DNA from: Lingula anatina
Taxonomy: Eukaryota; Animalia; Brachiopoda
Assembly (NCBI GenBank): GCA_051362555.1
Contig: JBPQGU010000016.1
Location: 4,712,001 to 4,776,000, forward strand
DNA: 64,000 bases
Direction: 5' to 3'
Shown: piece by piece, positions 12,001-26,446 of the stretch
Position numbering within the stretch: position 1 is the first letter of the stretch
Layout: each line of letters opens with the position of its first letter
Program-made: the position numbers and the translations under genes
The notes under the pieces: model-generated
Told to the model about the DNA's origin: nothing
What the model saw: only the letters and a program-made list of their open reading frames with translations
Databases searched by the model: none

Positions 12001-15000
12001 TGACGAAAATCAATCTACCACACCTGTCATTCATAAAAAATGTGGAAACGCGCCCGGGTCACTTCATCAAGGCCCCCAATTCTAGCTTTAAAGATGATCC
12101 AAAAATAAGCTCTGAGAACAGAATCTGAGAGGGGGGGGGAGACAGAGTTTTTGCTCTATTTCTTCCTTAATGTTGACACCACCACTCTTCCAGCACTTTA
12201 TTCTTACTACAAATGACCGAACACACCTACCTGACACTATAATGAAGAAAATAAATTTTCATCCCTACCTGGCCAAAATTGAAGAAATCTCACAGTGCCG
12301 GCACTGTTCAAAATCACTCAAAATCACCAAAAATCGACCCGTCTCCGATTTTTCCAAAAAGTGACGAAAATCAATCTACCACACCTGTCATTCATAAAAA
12401 ATGTGGAAACGCGCCCGGGTCACTTCATCAAGGCCCCCAATTGTAGCTTTAAAGATGATCCAAAAATAAGCTCTGAGAACAGAATCTGAGAGGGGGGGGG
12501 GGAGACAGAGTTTTTGCTCTATTTCTTCCTTAATGTTGACACCACCACTCTTCCAGCACTTTATTCTTACTACAAATGACCGAACACACCTACCTGACAC
12601 TATAATGAAGAAAAAAAATTTTCATCCCTACCTGGCCAAAACTGAAGAAATCTCACAGTGTCGGCACTGTTCAAAATCACTCAAAATCACCAAAAATCGA
12701 CCCGTCTCCGATTTTTCCAAAAAGTGACGAAAATCAATCTACCACACCTGTCATTCATAAAAAATGTGGAAACGCGCCCGGGTCACTTCATCAAGGCCCC
12801 CAATTCTAGCTTTAAAGATGATCCAAAAATAAGCTCTGAGAACAGAATCTGAGAGGGGGGGGGGGGGGGAGACAGAGTTTTTGCTCTATTTCTTCCTTAA
12901 TGTTGACACCACCACTCTTCCAGCACTTTATTCTTACTACAAATGACCGAACACACCTACCTGACACTATAATGAAGAAAAAAAATTTTCATCCCTACCT
13001 GGCCAAAATTGAAGAAATCTCACAGTGCCGGCACTGTTCAAAATCACTCAAAATCACCAAAAATCGACCCGTCTCCGATTTTTCCAAAAAGTGACGAAAA
13101 TCAGTCTACCACACCTGTCATTCATAAAAAATGTGGAAACGCGCCCGGGTCACTTCATCAAGGCCCCCAATTCTAGCTTTAAAGATGATCCAAAAATAAG
13201 CTCTGAGAACAGAATCTGAGAGGGGGGGGGGGAGACAGAGTTTTTGCTCTATTTCTTCCTTAATGTTGACACCACCACTCTTCCAGCACTTTATTCTTAC
13301 TACAAATGACCGAACACACCTACCTGACACTATAATGAAGAAAAAAAATTTTCATCCCTACCTGGCCAAAATTGAAGAAATCTCACAGTGCCGGCACTGT
13401 TCAAAATCACTCAAAATCACCAAAAATCGACCCGTCTCCGATTTTTCCAAAAAGTGACGAAAATCAATCTACCACACCTGTCATTCATAAAAAATGTGGA
13501 AACGCGCCTGGGTCACTTCATCAAGGCCCCCAATTCTAGCTTTAAAGATGATCCAAAAATAAGCTCTGAGAACAGAATCTGAGAGGGGGGGGGGGAGACA
13601 GAGTTTTTGCTCTATTTATCCTTAATGTTGACACCACCACTCTTCCAGCACTTTATTCTTACTACAAATGACCGAACACACCTACCTGACACTATAATGA
13701 AGAAAAAAAATTTTCATCCCTACCTGGCCAAAATTGAAGAAATCTCACAGTGCCGGCACTGTTCAAAATCACTCAAAATCACCAAAAATCGACCCGTCTC
13801 CGATTTTTCCAAAAAGTGACGAAAATCAATCTACCACACCTGTCATTCATAAAAAATGTGGAAACGCGCCCGGGTCACTTCATCAAGGCCCCCAATTCTA
13901 GCTTTAAAGATGATCCAAAAATAAGCTCTGAGAACAGAATCTGAGAGGGGGGGGGGAGACAGAGTTTTTGCTCTATTTCTTCCTTAATGTTGACACCACC
14001 ACTCTTCCAGCACTTTATTCTTACTACAAATGACCGAACACACCTACCTGACACTATAATGAAGAAAAAAAATTTTCATCCCTACCTGGCCAAAATTGAA
14101 GAAATCTCACAGTGCCGGCACTGTTCAAAATCACTCAAAATCACCAAAAATCGACCCATCTCCGATTTTTCCAAAAAGTGACGAAAATCAATCTACCACA
14201 CCTGTCATTCATAAAAAATGTGGAAACGCGCCCGGGTCACTTCATCAAGGCCCCCAATTCTAGCTTTAAAGATGATCCAAAAATAAGCTCTGAGAACAGA
14301 ATCTGAGAGGGGGGGGGGAGACAGAGTTTTTGCTCTATTTCTTCCTTAATGTTGACACCACCACTCTTCCAGCACTTTATTCTTACTACAAATGACCGAA
14401 CACACCTACCTGACACTATAATGAAGAAAAAAAATTTTCATCTCTACCTGGCCAAAACTGAAGAAATCTCACAGTGCCGGCACTGTTCAAAATCACTCAA
14501 AATCACCAAAAATCGACCCGTCTCCGATTTTTCCAAAAAGTGACGAAAATCAATCTACCACACCTGTCATTCATAAAAAATGTGGAAACGCGCCCGGGTC
14601 ACTTCATCAAGGCCCCCAATTCTAGCTTTAAAGATGATCCAAAAATAAGCTCTGAGAACAGAATCTGAGAGGGGGGGGGGAGACAGAGTTTTTGCTCTAT
14701 TTCTTCCTTAATGTTGACACCACCACTCTTCCAGCACTTTATTCTTACTACAAATGACCGAACACACCTACCTGACACTTTAATGAAGAAAAAAAATTTT
14801 CATCCCTACCTGGCCAAAATTGAAGAAATCTCACAGTGCCGGCACTGTTCAAAATCACTCAAAATCACCAAAAATCGACCCGTCTCCGATTTTTCCAAAA
14901 AGTGACGAAAATCAATCTACCACACCTGTCATTCATAAAAAATGTGGAAACGCGCCCGGGTCACTTCATCAAGGCCCCCAATTCTAGCTTTAAAGATGAT

Positions 15001-18000
15001 CCAAAAATAAGCTCTGAGAACAGAATCTGAGAGGGGGGGGGGGAGACAGAGTTTTTGCTCTATTTCTTCCTTAATGTTGACACCACCACTCTTCCAGCAC
15101 TTTATTCTTACTACAAATGACCGAACACACCTACCTGACACTATAATGAAGAAAAAAAATTTTCATCCCTACCTGGCCAAAATTGAAGAAATCTCACAGT
15201 GCCGGCACTGTTCAAAATCACTCAAAATCACCAAAAATCGACCCGTCTCCGATTTTTCCAAAAAGTGACGAAAATCAATCTACCACACCTGTCATTCATA
15301 AAAAATGTGGAAACGCGCCCGGGTCACTTCATCAAGGCCCCCAATTCTAGCTTTAAAGATGATCCAAAAATAAGCTCTGAGAACAGAATCTGAGAGGGGG
15401 GGGGGAGACAGAGTTTTTGCTCTATTTCTTCCTTAATGTTGACACCACCACTCTTCCAGCACTTTATTCTTACTACAAATGACCGAACACACCTACCTGA
15501 CACTATAATGAAGAAAAAAAATTTTCATCCCTACCTGGCCAAAATTGAAGAAATCTCACAGTGCCGGCACTGTTCAAAATCACTCAAAATCACCAAAAAT
15601 CGACCCGTCTCCGATTTTTCCAAAAAGTGACGAAAATCAATCTACCACACCTGTCATTCATAAAAAATGTGGAAACGCGCCCGGGTCACTTCATCAAGGC
15701 CCCCAATTCTAGCTTTAAAGATGATCCAAAAATAAGCTCTGAGAACAGAATCTGAGAGGGGGGGGGGAGACAGAGTTTTTGCTCTATTTCTTCCTTAATG
15801 TTGACACCAACACTCTTCCAGCACTTTATTCTTACTACAAATGACCGAACACACCTACCTGACACTATAATGAAGAAAAAAAATTTTCATCCCTACCTGG
15901 CCAAAATTGAAGAAATCTCACAGTGCCGGCACTGTTCAAAATCACTCAAAATCACCAAAAATCGACCCGTCTCCGATTTTTCCAAAAAGTGACGAAAATC
16001 AATCTACCACACCTGTCATTCATAAAAAATGTGGAAACACGCCCGGGTCACTTCATCAAGGCCCCCAATTCTAGCTTTAAAGATGATCCAAAAATAAGCT
16101 CTGAGAACAGAATCTGAGAGGGGGGGGGGAGACAGAGTTTTTGCTCTATTTATTCCTTAATGTTGACACCACCACTCTTCCAGCACTTTATTCTTACTAC
16201 AAATGACCGAACACACCTACCTGACACTATAATGAAGAAAAAAAATTTTCATCCCTACCTGGCCAAAATTGAAGAAATCTCACAGTGCCGGCACTGTTCA
16301 AAATCACTCAAAATCACCAAAAATCGACCCGTCTCCGATTTTTCCAAAAAGTGACGAAAATCAATCTACCACACCTGTCATTCATAAAATAATGTGGAAA
16401 CGCGCCCGGGTCACTTCATCAAGGCCCCCAATTCTAGCTTTAAAGATGATCCAAAAATAAGCTCTGAGAACAGAATCTGAGAGGGGGGGGGGGAGACAGA
16501 GTTTTTGCTCTATTTCTTCCTTAATGTTGACACCACCACTCTTCCAGCACTTTATTCTTACTACAAATGACCGAACACACCTACCTGACACTATAATGAA
16601 GAAAAAAAATTTTCATCCCTACCTGGCCAAAATTGAAGAAATCTCACAGTGCCGGCACTGTTCAAAATCACTCAAAATCACCAAAAATCGACCCGTCTCC
16701 GATTTTTCCAAAAAGTGACGAAAATCAATCTACCACACCTGTCATTCATAAAAAATGTGGAAACGCGCCTGGGTCACTTCATCAAGGCTCCCAATTCTAG
16801 CTTTAAAGATGATCCAAAAATAAGCTCTGAGAACAGAATCTGAGAGGGGGGGGGGGGAGACAGAGTTTTTGCTCTATTTATCCTTAATGTTGACACCACC
16901 ACTCTTCCAGCACTTTATTCTTACTACAAATGACCGAACACACCTACCTGACACTATAATGAAGAAAAAAAATTTTCATCCCTACCTGGCCAAAATTGAA
17001 GAAATCTCACAGTGCCGGCACTGTTCAAAATCACTCAAAATCACCAAAAATCGACCCGTCTCCGATTTTTCCAAAAAGTGACGAAAATCAATCTACCACA
17101 CCTGTCATTCATAAAAAATGTGGAAACGCGCCCGGGTCACTTCATCAAGGCCCCCAATTCTAGCTTTAAAGATGATCCAAAAATAAGCTCTGAGAACAGA
17201 ATCTGAGAGGGGGGGGGGGAGACAGAGTTTTTGCTCTATTTCTTCCTTAATGTTGACACCACCACTCTTCCAGCACTTTATTCTTACTACAAATGACCGA
17301 ACACACCTACCTGACACTATAATGAAGAAAAAAAATTTTCATCCCTACCTGGCCAAAATTGAAGAAATCTCACAGTGCCGGCACTGTTCAAAATCACTCA
17401 AAATCACCAAAAATCGACCCATCTCCGATTTTTCCAAAAAGTGACGAAAATCAATCTACCACACCTGTCATTCATAAAAAATGTGGAAACGCGCCCGGGT
17501 CACTTCATCAAGGCCCCCAATTCTAGCTTTAAAGATGATCCAAAAATAAGCTCTGAGAACAGAATCTGAGAGGGGGGGGGGGGGAGACAGAGTTTTTGCT
17601 CTATTTCTTCCTTAATGTTGACACCACCACTCTTCCAGCACTTTATTCTTACTACAAATGACCGAACACACCTACCTGACACTATAATGAAGAAAAAAAA
17701 TTTTCATCCCTACCTGGCCAAAACTGAAGAAATCTCACAGTGCCGGCACTGTTCAAAATCACTCAAAATCACCAAAAATCGACCCGTCTCTGATTTTTCC
17801 AAAAAGTGACGAAAATCAATCTACCACACCTGTCATTCATAAAAAATGTGGAAACGCGCCCGGGTCACTTCATCAAGGCCCCCAATTCTAGCTTTAAAGA
17901 TGATCCAAAAATAAGCTCTGAGAACAGAATCTGAGAGGGGGGGGGGGGGAGACAGAGTTTTTGCTCTATTTCTTCCTTAATGTTGACACCACCACTCTTC

Positions 18001-21000
18001 CAGCACTTTATTCTTACTACAAATGACCGAACACACCTACCTGACACTTTAATGAAGAAAAAAAATTTTCATCCCTACCTGGCCAAAATTGAAGAAATCT
18101 CACAGTGCCGGCACTGTTCAAAATCACTCAAAATCACCAAAAATCGACCCGTCTCCGATTTTTCCAAAAAGTGACGAAAATCAATCTACCACACCTGTCA
18201 TTCATAAAAAATGTGGAAACGCGCCCGGGTCACTTCATCAAGGCCCCCAATTCTAGCTTTAAAGATGATCCAAAAATAAGCTCTGAGAACAGAATCTGAG
18301 AGGGGGGGGGGGAGACAGAGTTTTTGCTCTATTTCTTCCTTAATGTTGACACCACCACTCTTCCAGCACTTTATTCTTACTACAAATGACCGAACACACC
18401 TACCTGACACTATAATGAAGAAAAAAAATTTTCATCCCTACCTGGCCAAAATTGAAGAAATCTCACAGTGCCGGCACTGTTCAAAATCACTCAAAATCAC
18501 CAAAAATCGACCCGTCTCCGATTTTTCCAAAAAGTGACGAAAATCAATCTACCACACCTGTCATTCATAAAAAATGTGGAAACGCGCCCGGGTCACTTCA
18601 TCAAGGCCCCCAATTCTAGCTTTAAAGATGATCCAAAAATAAGCTCTGAGAACAGAATCTGAGAGGGGGGGGGGGGAGACAGAGTTTTTGCTCTATTTCT
18701 TCCTTAATGTTGACACCACCACTCTTCCAGCACTTTATTCTTACTACAAATGACCGAACACACCTACCTGACACTATAATGAAGAAAAAAAATTTTCATC
18801 CCTACCTGGCCAAAATTGAAGAAATCTCACAGTGCCGGCACTGTTCAAAATCACTCAAAATCACCAAAAATCGACCCGTCTCCGATTTTTCCAAAAAGTG
18901 ACGAAAATCAATCTACCACACCTGTCATTCATAAAAAATGTGGAAACGCGCCCGGGTCACTTCATCAAGGCCCCCAATTCTAGCTTTAAAGATGATCCAA
19001 AAATAAGCTCTGAGAACAGAATCTGAGAGGGGGGGGGGGAGACAGAGTTTTTGCTCTATTTCTTCCTTAATGTTGACACCACCACTCTTCCAGCACTTTA
19101 TTCTTACTACAAATGACCGAACACACCTACCTGACACTATAATGAAGAAAAAAAATTTTCATCCCTACCTGGCTAAAATTGAAGAAATCTCACAGTGCCG
19201 GCACTGTTCAAAATCACTCAAAATCACCAAAAATCGACCCGTCTCCGATTTTTCCAAAAAGTGACGAAAATCAATCTACCACACCTGTCATTCATAAAAA
19301 ATGTGGAAACACGCCCGGGTCACTTCATCAAGGCCCCCAATTCTAGCTTTAAAGATGATCCAAAAATAAGCTCTGAGAACAGAATCTGAGAGGGGGGGGG
19401 GGGGGGGAGACAGAGTTTTTGCTCTATTTATTCCTTAATGTTGACACCACCACTCTTCCAGCACTTTATTCTTACTACAAATGACCGAACACACCTACCT
19501 GACACTATAATGAAGAAAAAAAATTTTCATCCCTACCTGGCCAAAATTGAAGAAATCTCACAGTGCCGGCACTGTTCAAAATCACTCAAAATCACCAAAA
19601 ATCGACCCGTCTCCGATTTTTCCAAAAAGTGACGAAAATCAATCTACCACACCTGTCATTCATAAAAAATGTGGAAACGCACCCGGGTCACTTCATCAAG
19701 GCCCCCAATTCTAGCTTTAAAGATGATCCAAAAATAAGCTCTGAGAACAGAATCTGAGAGGGGGGGGGGAGACAGAGTTTTTGCTCTATTTCTTCCTTAA
19801 TGTTGACACCACCACTCTTCCAGCACTTTATTCTTACTACAAATGACCGAACACACCTACCTGACACTATAATGAAGAAAAAAAATTTTCATCCCTACCT
19901 GGCCAAAATTGAAGAAATCTCACAGTGCCGGCACTGTTCAAAATCACTCAAAATCACCAAAAATCGACCCGTCTCCGATTTTTCCAAAAAGTGACGAAAA
20001 TCAATCTACCACACCTGTCATTCATAAAAAATGTGGAAACACGCCCGGGTCACTTCATCAAGGCCCCCAATTCTAGCTTTAAAGATGATCCAAAAATAAG
20101 CTCTGAGAACAGAATCTGAGAGGGGGGGGGGGAGACAGAGTTTTTGCTCTATTTCTTCCTTAATGTTGACACCACCACTCTTCCAGCACTTTATTCTTAC
20201 TACAAATGACCGAACACACCTACCTGACACTATAATGAAGAAAAAAAATTTTCATCCCTACCTGGACAAAACTGAAGAAATCTCACAGTGCCGGCACTGT
20301 TCAAAATCACTCAAAATCACCAAAAATCGACCCGTCTCCGATTTTTCCAAAAAGTGACGAAAATCAATTTACCACACCTGTCATTCATAAAAAATGTGGA
20401 AACGCGCCCGGGTCACTTCATCAAGGCCCCCAATTCTAGCTTTAAAGATGATCCAAAAATAAGCTCTGAGAACAGAATCTGAGAGGGGGGGGGGGGGAGA
20501 CAGAGTTTTTGCTCTATTTCTTCCTTAATGTTGACACCACCACTCTTCCAGCACTTTATTCTTACTACAAATGACCGAACACACCTACCTGACACTTTAA
20601 TGAAGAAAAAAAATTTTCATCCCTACCTGGCCAAAATTGAAGAAATCTCACAGTGCCGGCACTGTTCAAAATCACTCAAAATCACCAAAAATCGACCCGT
20701 CTCCGATTTTTCCAAAAAGTGACGAAAATCAATCTACCACACCTGTCATTCATAAAAAATGTGGAAACGCGCCCGGGTCACTTCATCAAGGCCCCCAATT
20801 CTAGCTTTAAAGATGATCCAAAAATAAGCTCTGAGAACAGAATCTGAGAGGGGGGGGGGGAGACAGAGTTTTTGCTCTATTTCTTCCTTAATGTTGACAC
20901 CACCACTCTTCCAGCACTTTATTCTTACTACAAATGACCGAACACACCTACCTGACACTATAATGAAGAAAAAAAATTTTCATCCCTACCTGGCCAAAAT

Positions 21001-24000
21001 TGAAGAAATCTCACAGTGCCGGCACTGTTCAAAATCACTCAAAATCACCAAAAATCGACCCGTCTCCGATTTTTCCAAAAAGTGACGAAAATCAATCTAC
21101 CACACCTGTCATTCATAAAAAATGTGGAAATGCGCCCGGGTCACTTCATCAAGGCCCCCAATTCTAGCTTTAAAGATGATCCAAAAATAAGCTCTGAGAA
21201 CAGAATCTGAGAGGGGGGGGGGGGAGACAGAGTTTTTGCTCTATTTCTTCCTTAATGTTGACACCACCACTCTTCCAGCACTTTATTCTTACTACAAATG
21301 ACCGAACACACCTACCTGACACTATAATGAAGAAAAAAAATTTTCATCCCTACCTGGCCAAAATTGAAGAAATCTCACAGTGCCGGCACTGTTCAAAATC
21401 ACTCAAAATCACCAAAAATCGACCCGTCTCCGATTTTTCCAAAAAGTGACGAAAATCAATCTACCACACCTGTCATTCATAAAAAATGTGGAAACGCGCC
21501 CGGGTCACTTCATCAAGGCCCCCAATTCTAGCTTTAAAGATGATCCAAAAATAAGCTCTGAGAACAGAATCTGAGAGGGGGGGGGGAGACAGAGTTTTTG
21601 CTCTATTTCTTCCTTAATGTTGACACCACCACTCTTCCAGCACTTTATTCTTACTACAAATGACCGAACACACCTACCTGACACTATAATGAAGAAAAAA
21701 AATTTTCATCCCTACCTGGCCAAAATTGAAGAAATCTCACAGTGCCGGCACTGTTCAAAATCACTCAAAATCACCAAAAATCGACCCGTCTCCGATTTTT
21801 CCAAAAAGTGACGAAAATCAATCTACCACACCTGTCATTCATAAAAAATGTGGAAACACGCCCGGGTCACTTCATCAAGGCCCCCAATTCTAGCTTTAAA
21901 GATGATCCAAAAATAAGCTCTGAGAACAGAATCTGAGAGGGGGGGGGGAGACAGAGTTTTTGCTCTATTTCTTCCTTAATGTTGACACCACCACTCTTCC
22001 AGCACTTTATTCTTACTACAAATGACCGAACACACCTACCTGACACTATAATGAAGAAAAAAAATTTTCATCCCTACCTGGCCAAAATTGAAGAAATCTC
22101 ACAGTGCCGGCACTGTTCAAAATCACTCAAAATCGCCAAAAATCGACCCGTCTCCGATTTTTCCAAAAAGTGACGAAAATCAATCTACCACACCTGTCAT
22201 TCATAAAAAATGTGGAAACACGCCCGGGTCACTTCATCAAGGCCCCCAATTCTAGCTTTAAAGATGATCCAAAAATAAGCTCTGAGAACAGAATCTGAGA
22301 GGGGGGGGGGGGGAGACAGAGTTTTTGCTCTATTTATTCCTTAATGTTGACACCACCACTCTTCCAGCACTTTATTCTTACTACAAATGACCGAACACAC
22401 CTACCTGACACTATAATGAAGAAAAAAAATTTTCATCCCTACCTGGCCAAAATTGAAGAAATCTCACAGTGCCGGCACTGTTCAAAATCACTCAAAATCA
22501 CCAAAAATCGACCCGTCTCCGATTTTTCCAAAAAGTGACGAAAATCAATCTACCACACCTGTCATTCATAAAAAATGTGGAAACGCACCCGGGTCACTTT
22601 ATCAAGGCCCCCAATTCTAGCTTTAAAGATGATCCAAAAATAAGCTCTGAGAACAGAATCTGAGAGGGGGGGGGGAGACAGAGTTTTTGCTCTATTTCTT
22701 CCTTAATGTTGACACCACCACTCTTCCAGCACTTTATTCTTACTACAAATGACCGAACACACCTACCTGACACTATAATGAAGAAAAAAAATTTTCATCC
22801 CTACCTGGCCAAAATTGAAGAAATCTCACAGTGCCGGCACTGTTCAAAATCACTCAAAATCACCAAAAATCGACCCGTCTCCGATTTTTCCAAAAAGTGA
22901 CGAAAATCAATCTACCACACCTGTCATTCATAAAAAATGTGGAAACACGCCCGGGTCACTTCATCAAGGCCCCCAATTCTAGCTTTAAAGATGATCCAAA
23001 AATAAGCTCTGAGAACAGAATCTGAGAGGGGGGGGGGGGAGACAGAGTTTTTGCTCTATTTCTTCCTTAATGTTGACACCACCACTCTTCCAGCACTTTA
23101 TTCTTACTACAAATGACCGAACACACCTACCTGACACTATAATGAAGAAAAAAAATTTTCATCCCTACCTGGCCAAAACTGAAGAAATCTCACAGTGCCG
23201 GCACTGTTCAAAATCTCAAAATCACCAAAAATCGACCCGTCTCCGATTTTTCCAAAAAGTGACGAAAATCAATCTACCACACCTGTCATTCATAAAAAAT
23301 GTGGAAACACGCCCGGGTCACTTCATCAAGGCCCCCAATTCTAGCTTTAAAGATGATCCAAAAATAAGCTCTGAGAACAGAATCTGAGAGGGGGGGGGGG
23401 GGGAGACAGAGTTTTTGCTCTATTTATTCCTTAATGTTGACACCACCACTCTTCCAGCACTTTATTCTTACTACAAATGACCGAACACACCTACCTGACA
23501 CTATAATGAAGAAAAAAAATTTTCATCCCTACCTGGCCAAAATTGAAGAAATCTCACAGTGCCGGCACTGTTCAAAATCACTCAAAATCACCAAAAATCG
23601 ACCCGTCTCCGATTTTTCCAAAAAGTGACGAAAATCAATCTACCACACCTGTCATTCATAAAAAATGTGGAAACGCACCCGGGTCACTTTATCAAGGCCC
23701 CCAATTCTAGCTTTAAAGATGATCCAAAAATAAGCTCTGAGAACAGAATCTGAGAGGGGGGGGGGAGACAGAGTTTTTGCTCTATTTCTTCCTTAATGTT
23801 GACACCACCACTCTTCCAGCACTTTATTCTTACTACAAATGACCGAACACACCTACCTGACACTATAATGAAGAAAAAAAATTTTCATCCCTACCTGGCC
23901 AAAATTGAAGAAATCTCACAGTGCCGGCACTGTTCAAAATCACTCAAAATCACCAAAAATCGACCCGTCTCCGATTTTTCCAAAAAGTGACGAAAATCAA

Positions 24001-26446
24001 TCTACCACACCTGTCATTCATAAAAAATGTGGAAACACGCCCGGGTCACTTCATCAAGGCCCCCAATTCTAGCTTTAAAGATGATCCAAAAATAAGCTCT
24101 GAGAACAGAATCTGAGAGGGGGGGGGGAGACAGAGTTTTTGCTCTATTTCTTCCTTAATGTTGACACCACCACTCTTCCAGCACTTTATTCTTACTACAA
24201 ATGACCGAACACACCTACCTGACACTATAATGAAGAAAAAAAATTTTCATCCCTACCTGGCCAAAATTGAAGAAATCTCACAGTGCCGGCACTGTTCAAA
24301 ATCACTCAAAATCACCAAAAATCGACCCGTCTCCGATTTTTCCAAAAAGTGACGAAAATCAATCTACCACACCTGTCATTCATAAAAAATGTGGAAACAC
24401 GCCCGGGTCACTTCATCAAGGCCCCCAATTCTAGCTTTAAAGATGATCCAAAAATAAGCTCTGAGAACAGAATCTGAGAGGGGGGGGGGGGGAGACAGAG
24501 TTTTTGCTCTATTTCTTCCTTAATGTTGACACCACCACTCTTCCAGCACTTTATTCTTACTACAAATGACCGAACACACCTACCTGACACTATAATGAAG
24601 AAAAAAAATTTTCATCCCTACCTGGCCAAAACTGAAGAAATCTCACAGTGCCGGCACTGTTCAAAATCTCAAAATCACCAAAAATCGACCCGTCTCCGAT
24701 TTTTCCAAAAAGTGACGAAAATCAATCTACCACACCTGTCATTCATAAAAAATGTGGAAACGCGCCCGGGTCACTTCATCAAGGCCCCCAATTCTAGCTT
24801 TAAAGATGATCCAAAAATAAGCTCTGAGAACAGAATCTGAGAGGGGGGGGGGGAGACAGAGTTTTTGCTCTATTTCTTCCTTAATGTTGACACCACCACT
24901 CTTCCAGCACTTTATTCTTACTACAAATGACCGAACACACCTACCTGACACTATAATGAAGAAAAAAAATTTTCATCCCTACCTGGCCAAAATTGAAGAA
25001 ATCTCACAGTGCCGGCACTGTTCAAAATCACTCAAAATCACCAAAAATCGACCCGTCTCCGATTTTTCCAAAAAGTGACGAAAATCAATCTACCACACCT
25101 GTCATTCATAAAAAATGTGGAAACGCGCCCGGGTCACTTCATCAAGGCCCCCAATTCTAGCTTTAAAGATGATCCAAAAATAAGCTCTGAGAACAGAATC
25201 TGAGAGGGGGGGGGGGAGACAGAGTTTTTGCTCTATTTCTTCCTTAATGTTGACACCACCACTCTTCCAGCACTTTATTCTTACTACAAATGACCGAACA
25301 CACCTACCTGACACTATAATGAAGAAAAAAAATTTTCATCCCTACCTGGCCAAAATTGAAGAAATCTCACAGTGCCGGCACTGTTCAAAATCACTCAAAA
25401 TCACCAAAAATCGACCCGTCTCCGATTTTTCCAAAAAGTGACGAAAATCAATCTACCACACCTGTCATTCATAAAAAATGTGGAAACACGCCCGGGTCAC
25501 TTCATCAAGGCCCCCAATTCTAGCTTTAAAGATGATCCAAAAATAAGCTCTGAGAACAGAATCTGAGAGGGGGGGGGGGGAGACAGAGTTTTTGCTCTAT
25601 TTCTTCCTTAATGTTGACACCACCACTCTTCCAGCACTTTATTCTTACTACAAATGACCGAACACACCTACCTGACACTATAATGAAGAAAAAAAATTTT
25701 CATCCCTACCTGGCCAAAATTGAAGAAATCTCACAGTGCCGGCACTGTTCAAAATCACTCAAAATCACCAAAAATCGACCCGTCTCCGATTTTTCCAAAA
25801 AGTGACGAAAATCAATCTACCACACCTGTCATTCATAAAAAATGTGGAAACGCACCCGGGTCACTTCATCAAGGCCCCCAATTCTAGCTTTAAAGATGAT
25901 CCAAAAATAAGCTCTGAGAACAGAATCTGAGAGGGGGGGGGGAGACAGAGTTTTTGCTCTATTTCTTCCTTAATGTTGACACCACCACTCTTCCAGCACT
26001 TTATTCTTACTACAAATGACCGAACACACCTACCTGACACTATAATGAAGAAAAAAAATTTTCATCCCTACCTGGCCAAAATTGAAGAAATCTCACAGTG
26101 CCGGCACTGTTCAAAATCACTCAAAATCACCAAAAATCGACCCGTCTCCGATTTTTCCAAAAAGTGACGAAAATCAATCTACCACACCTGTCATTCATAA
26201 AAAATGTGGAAACACGCCCGGGTCACTTCATCAAGGCCCCCAATTCTAGCTTTAAAGATGATCCAAAAATAAGCTCTGAGAACAGAATCTGAGAGGGGGG
26301 GGGGGGGGGAGACAGAGTTTTTGCTCTATTTCTTCCTTAATGTTGACACCACCACTCTTCCAGCACTTTATTCTTACTACAAATGACCGAACACACCTAC
26401 CTGACACTATAATGAAGAAAAAAAATTTTCATCCCTACCTGGCCAA
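1..26446. repeat. Satellite DNA array, ~363-bp monomer, ~73 copies, highly homogeneous; ends abruptly mid-monomer
   Basis: Identical ORF fragments recur every 360-368 bp (e.g. 1146, 1509, 1872). Length variation comes almost entirely from a poly-G run after GAATCTGAGA. The last matching bases are ...CCTACCTGGCCAA at 26446. Confidence 0.99.
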
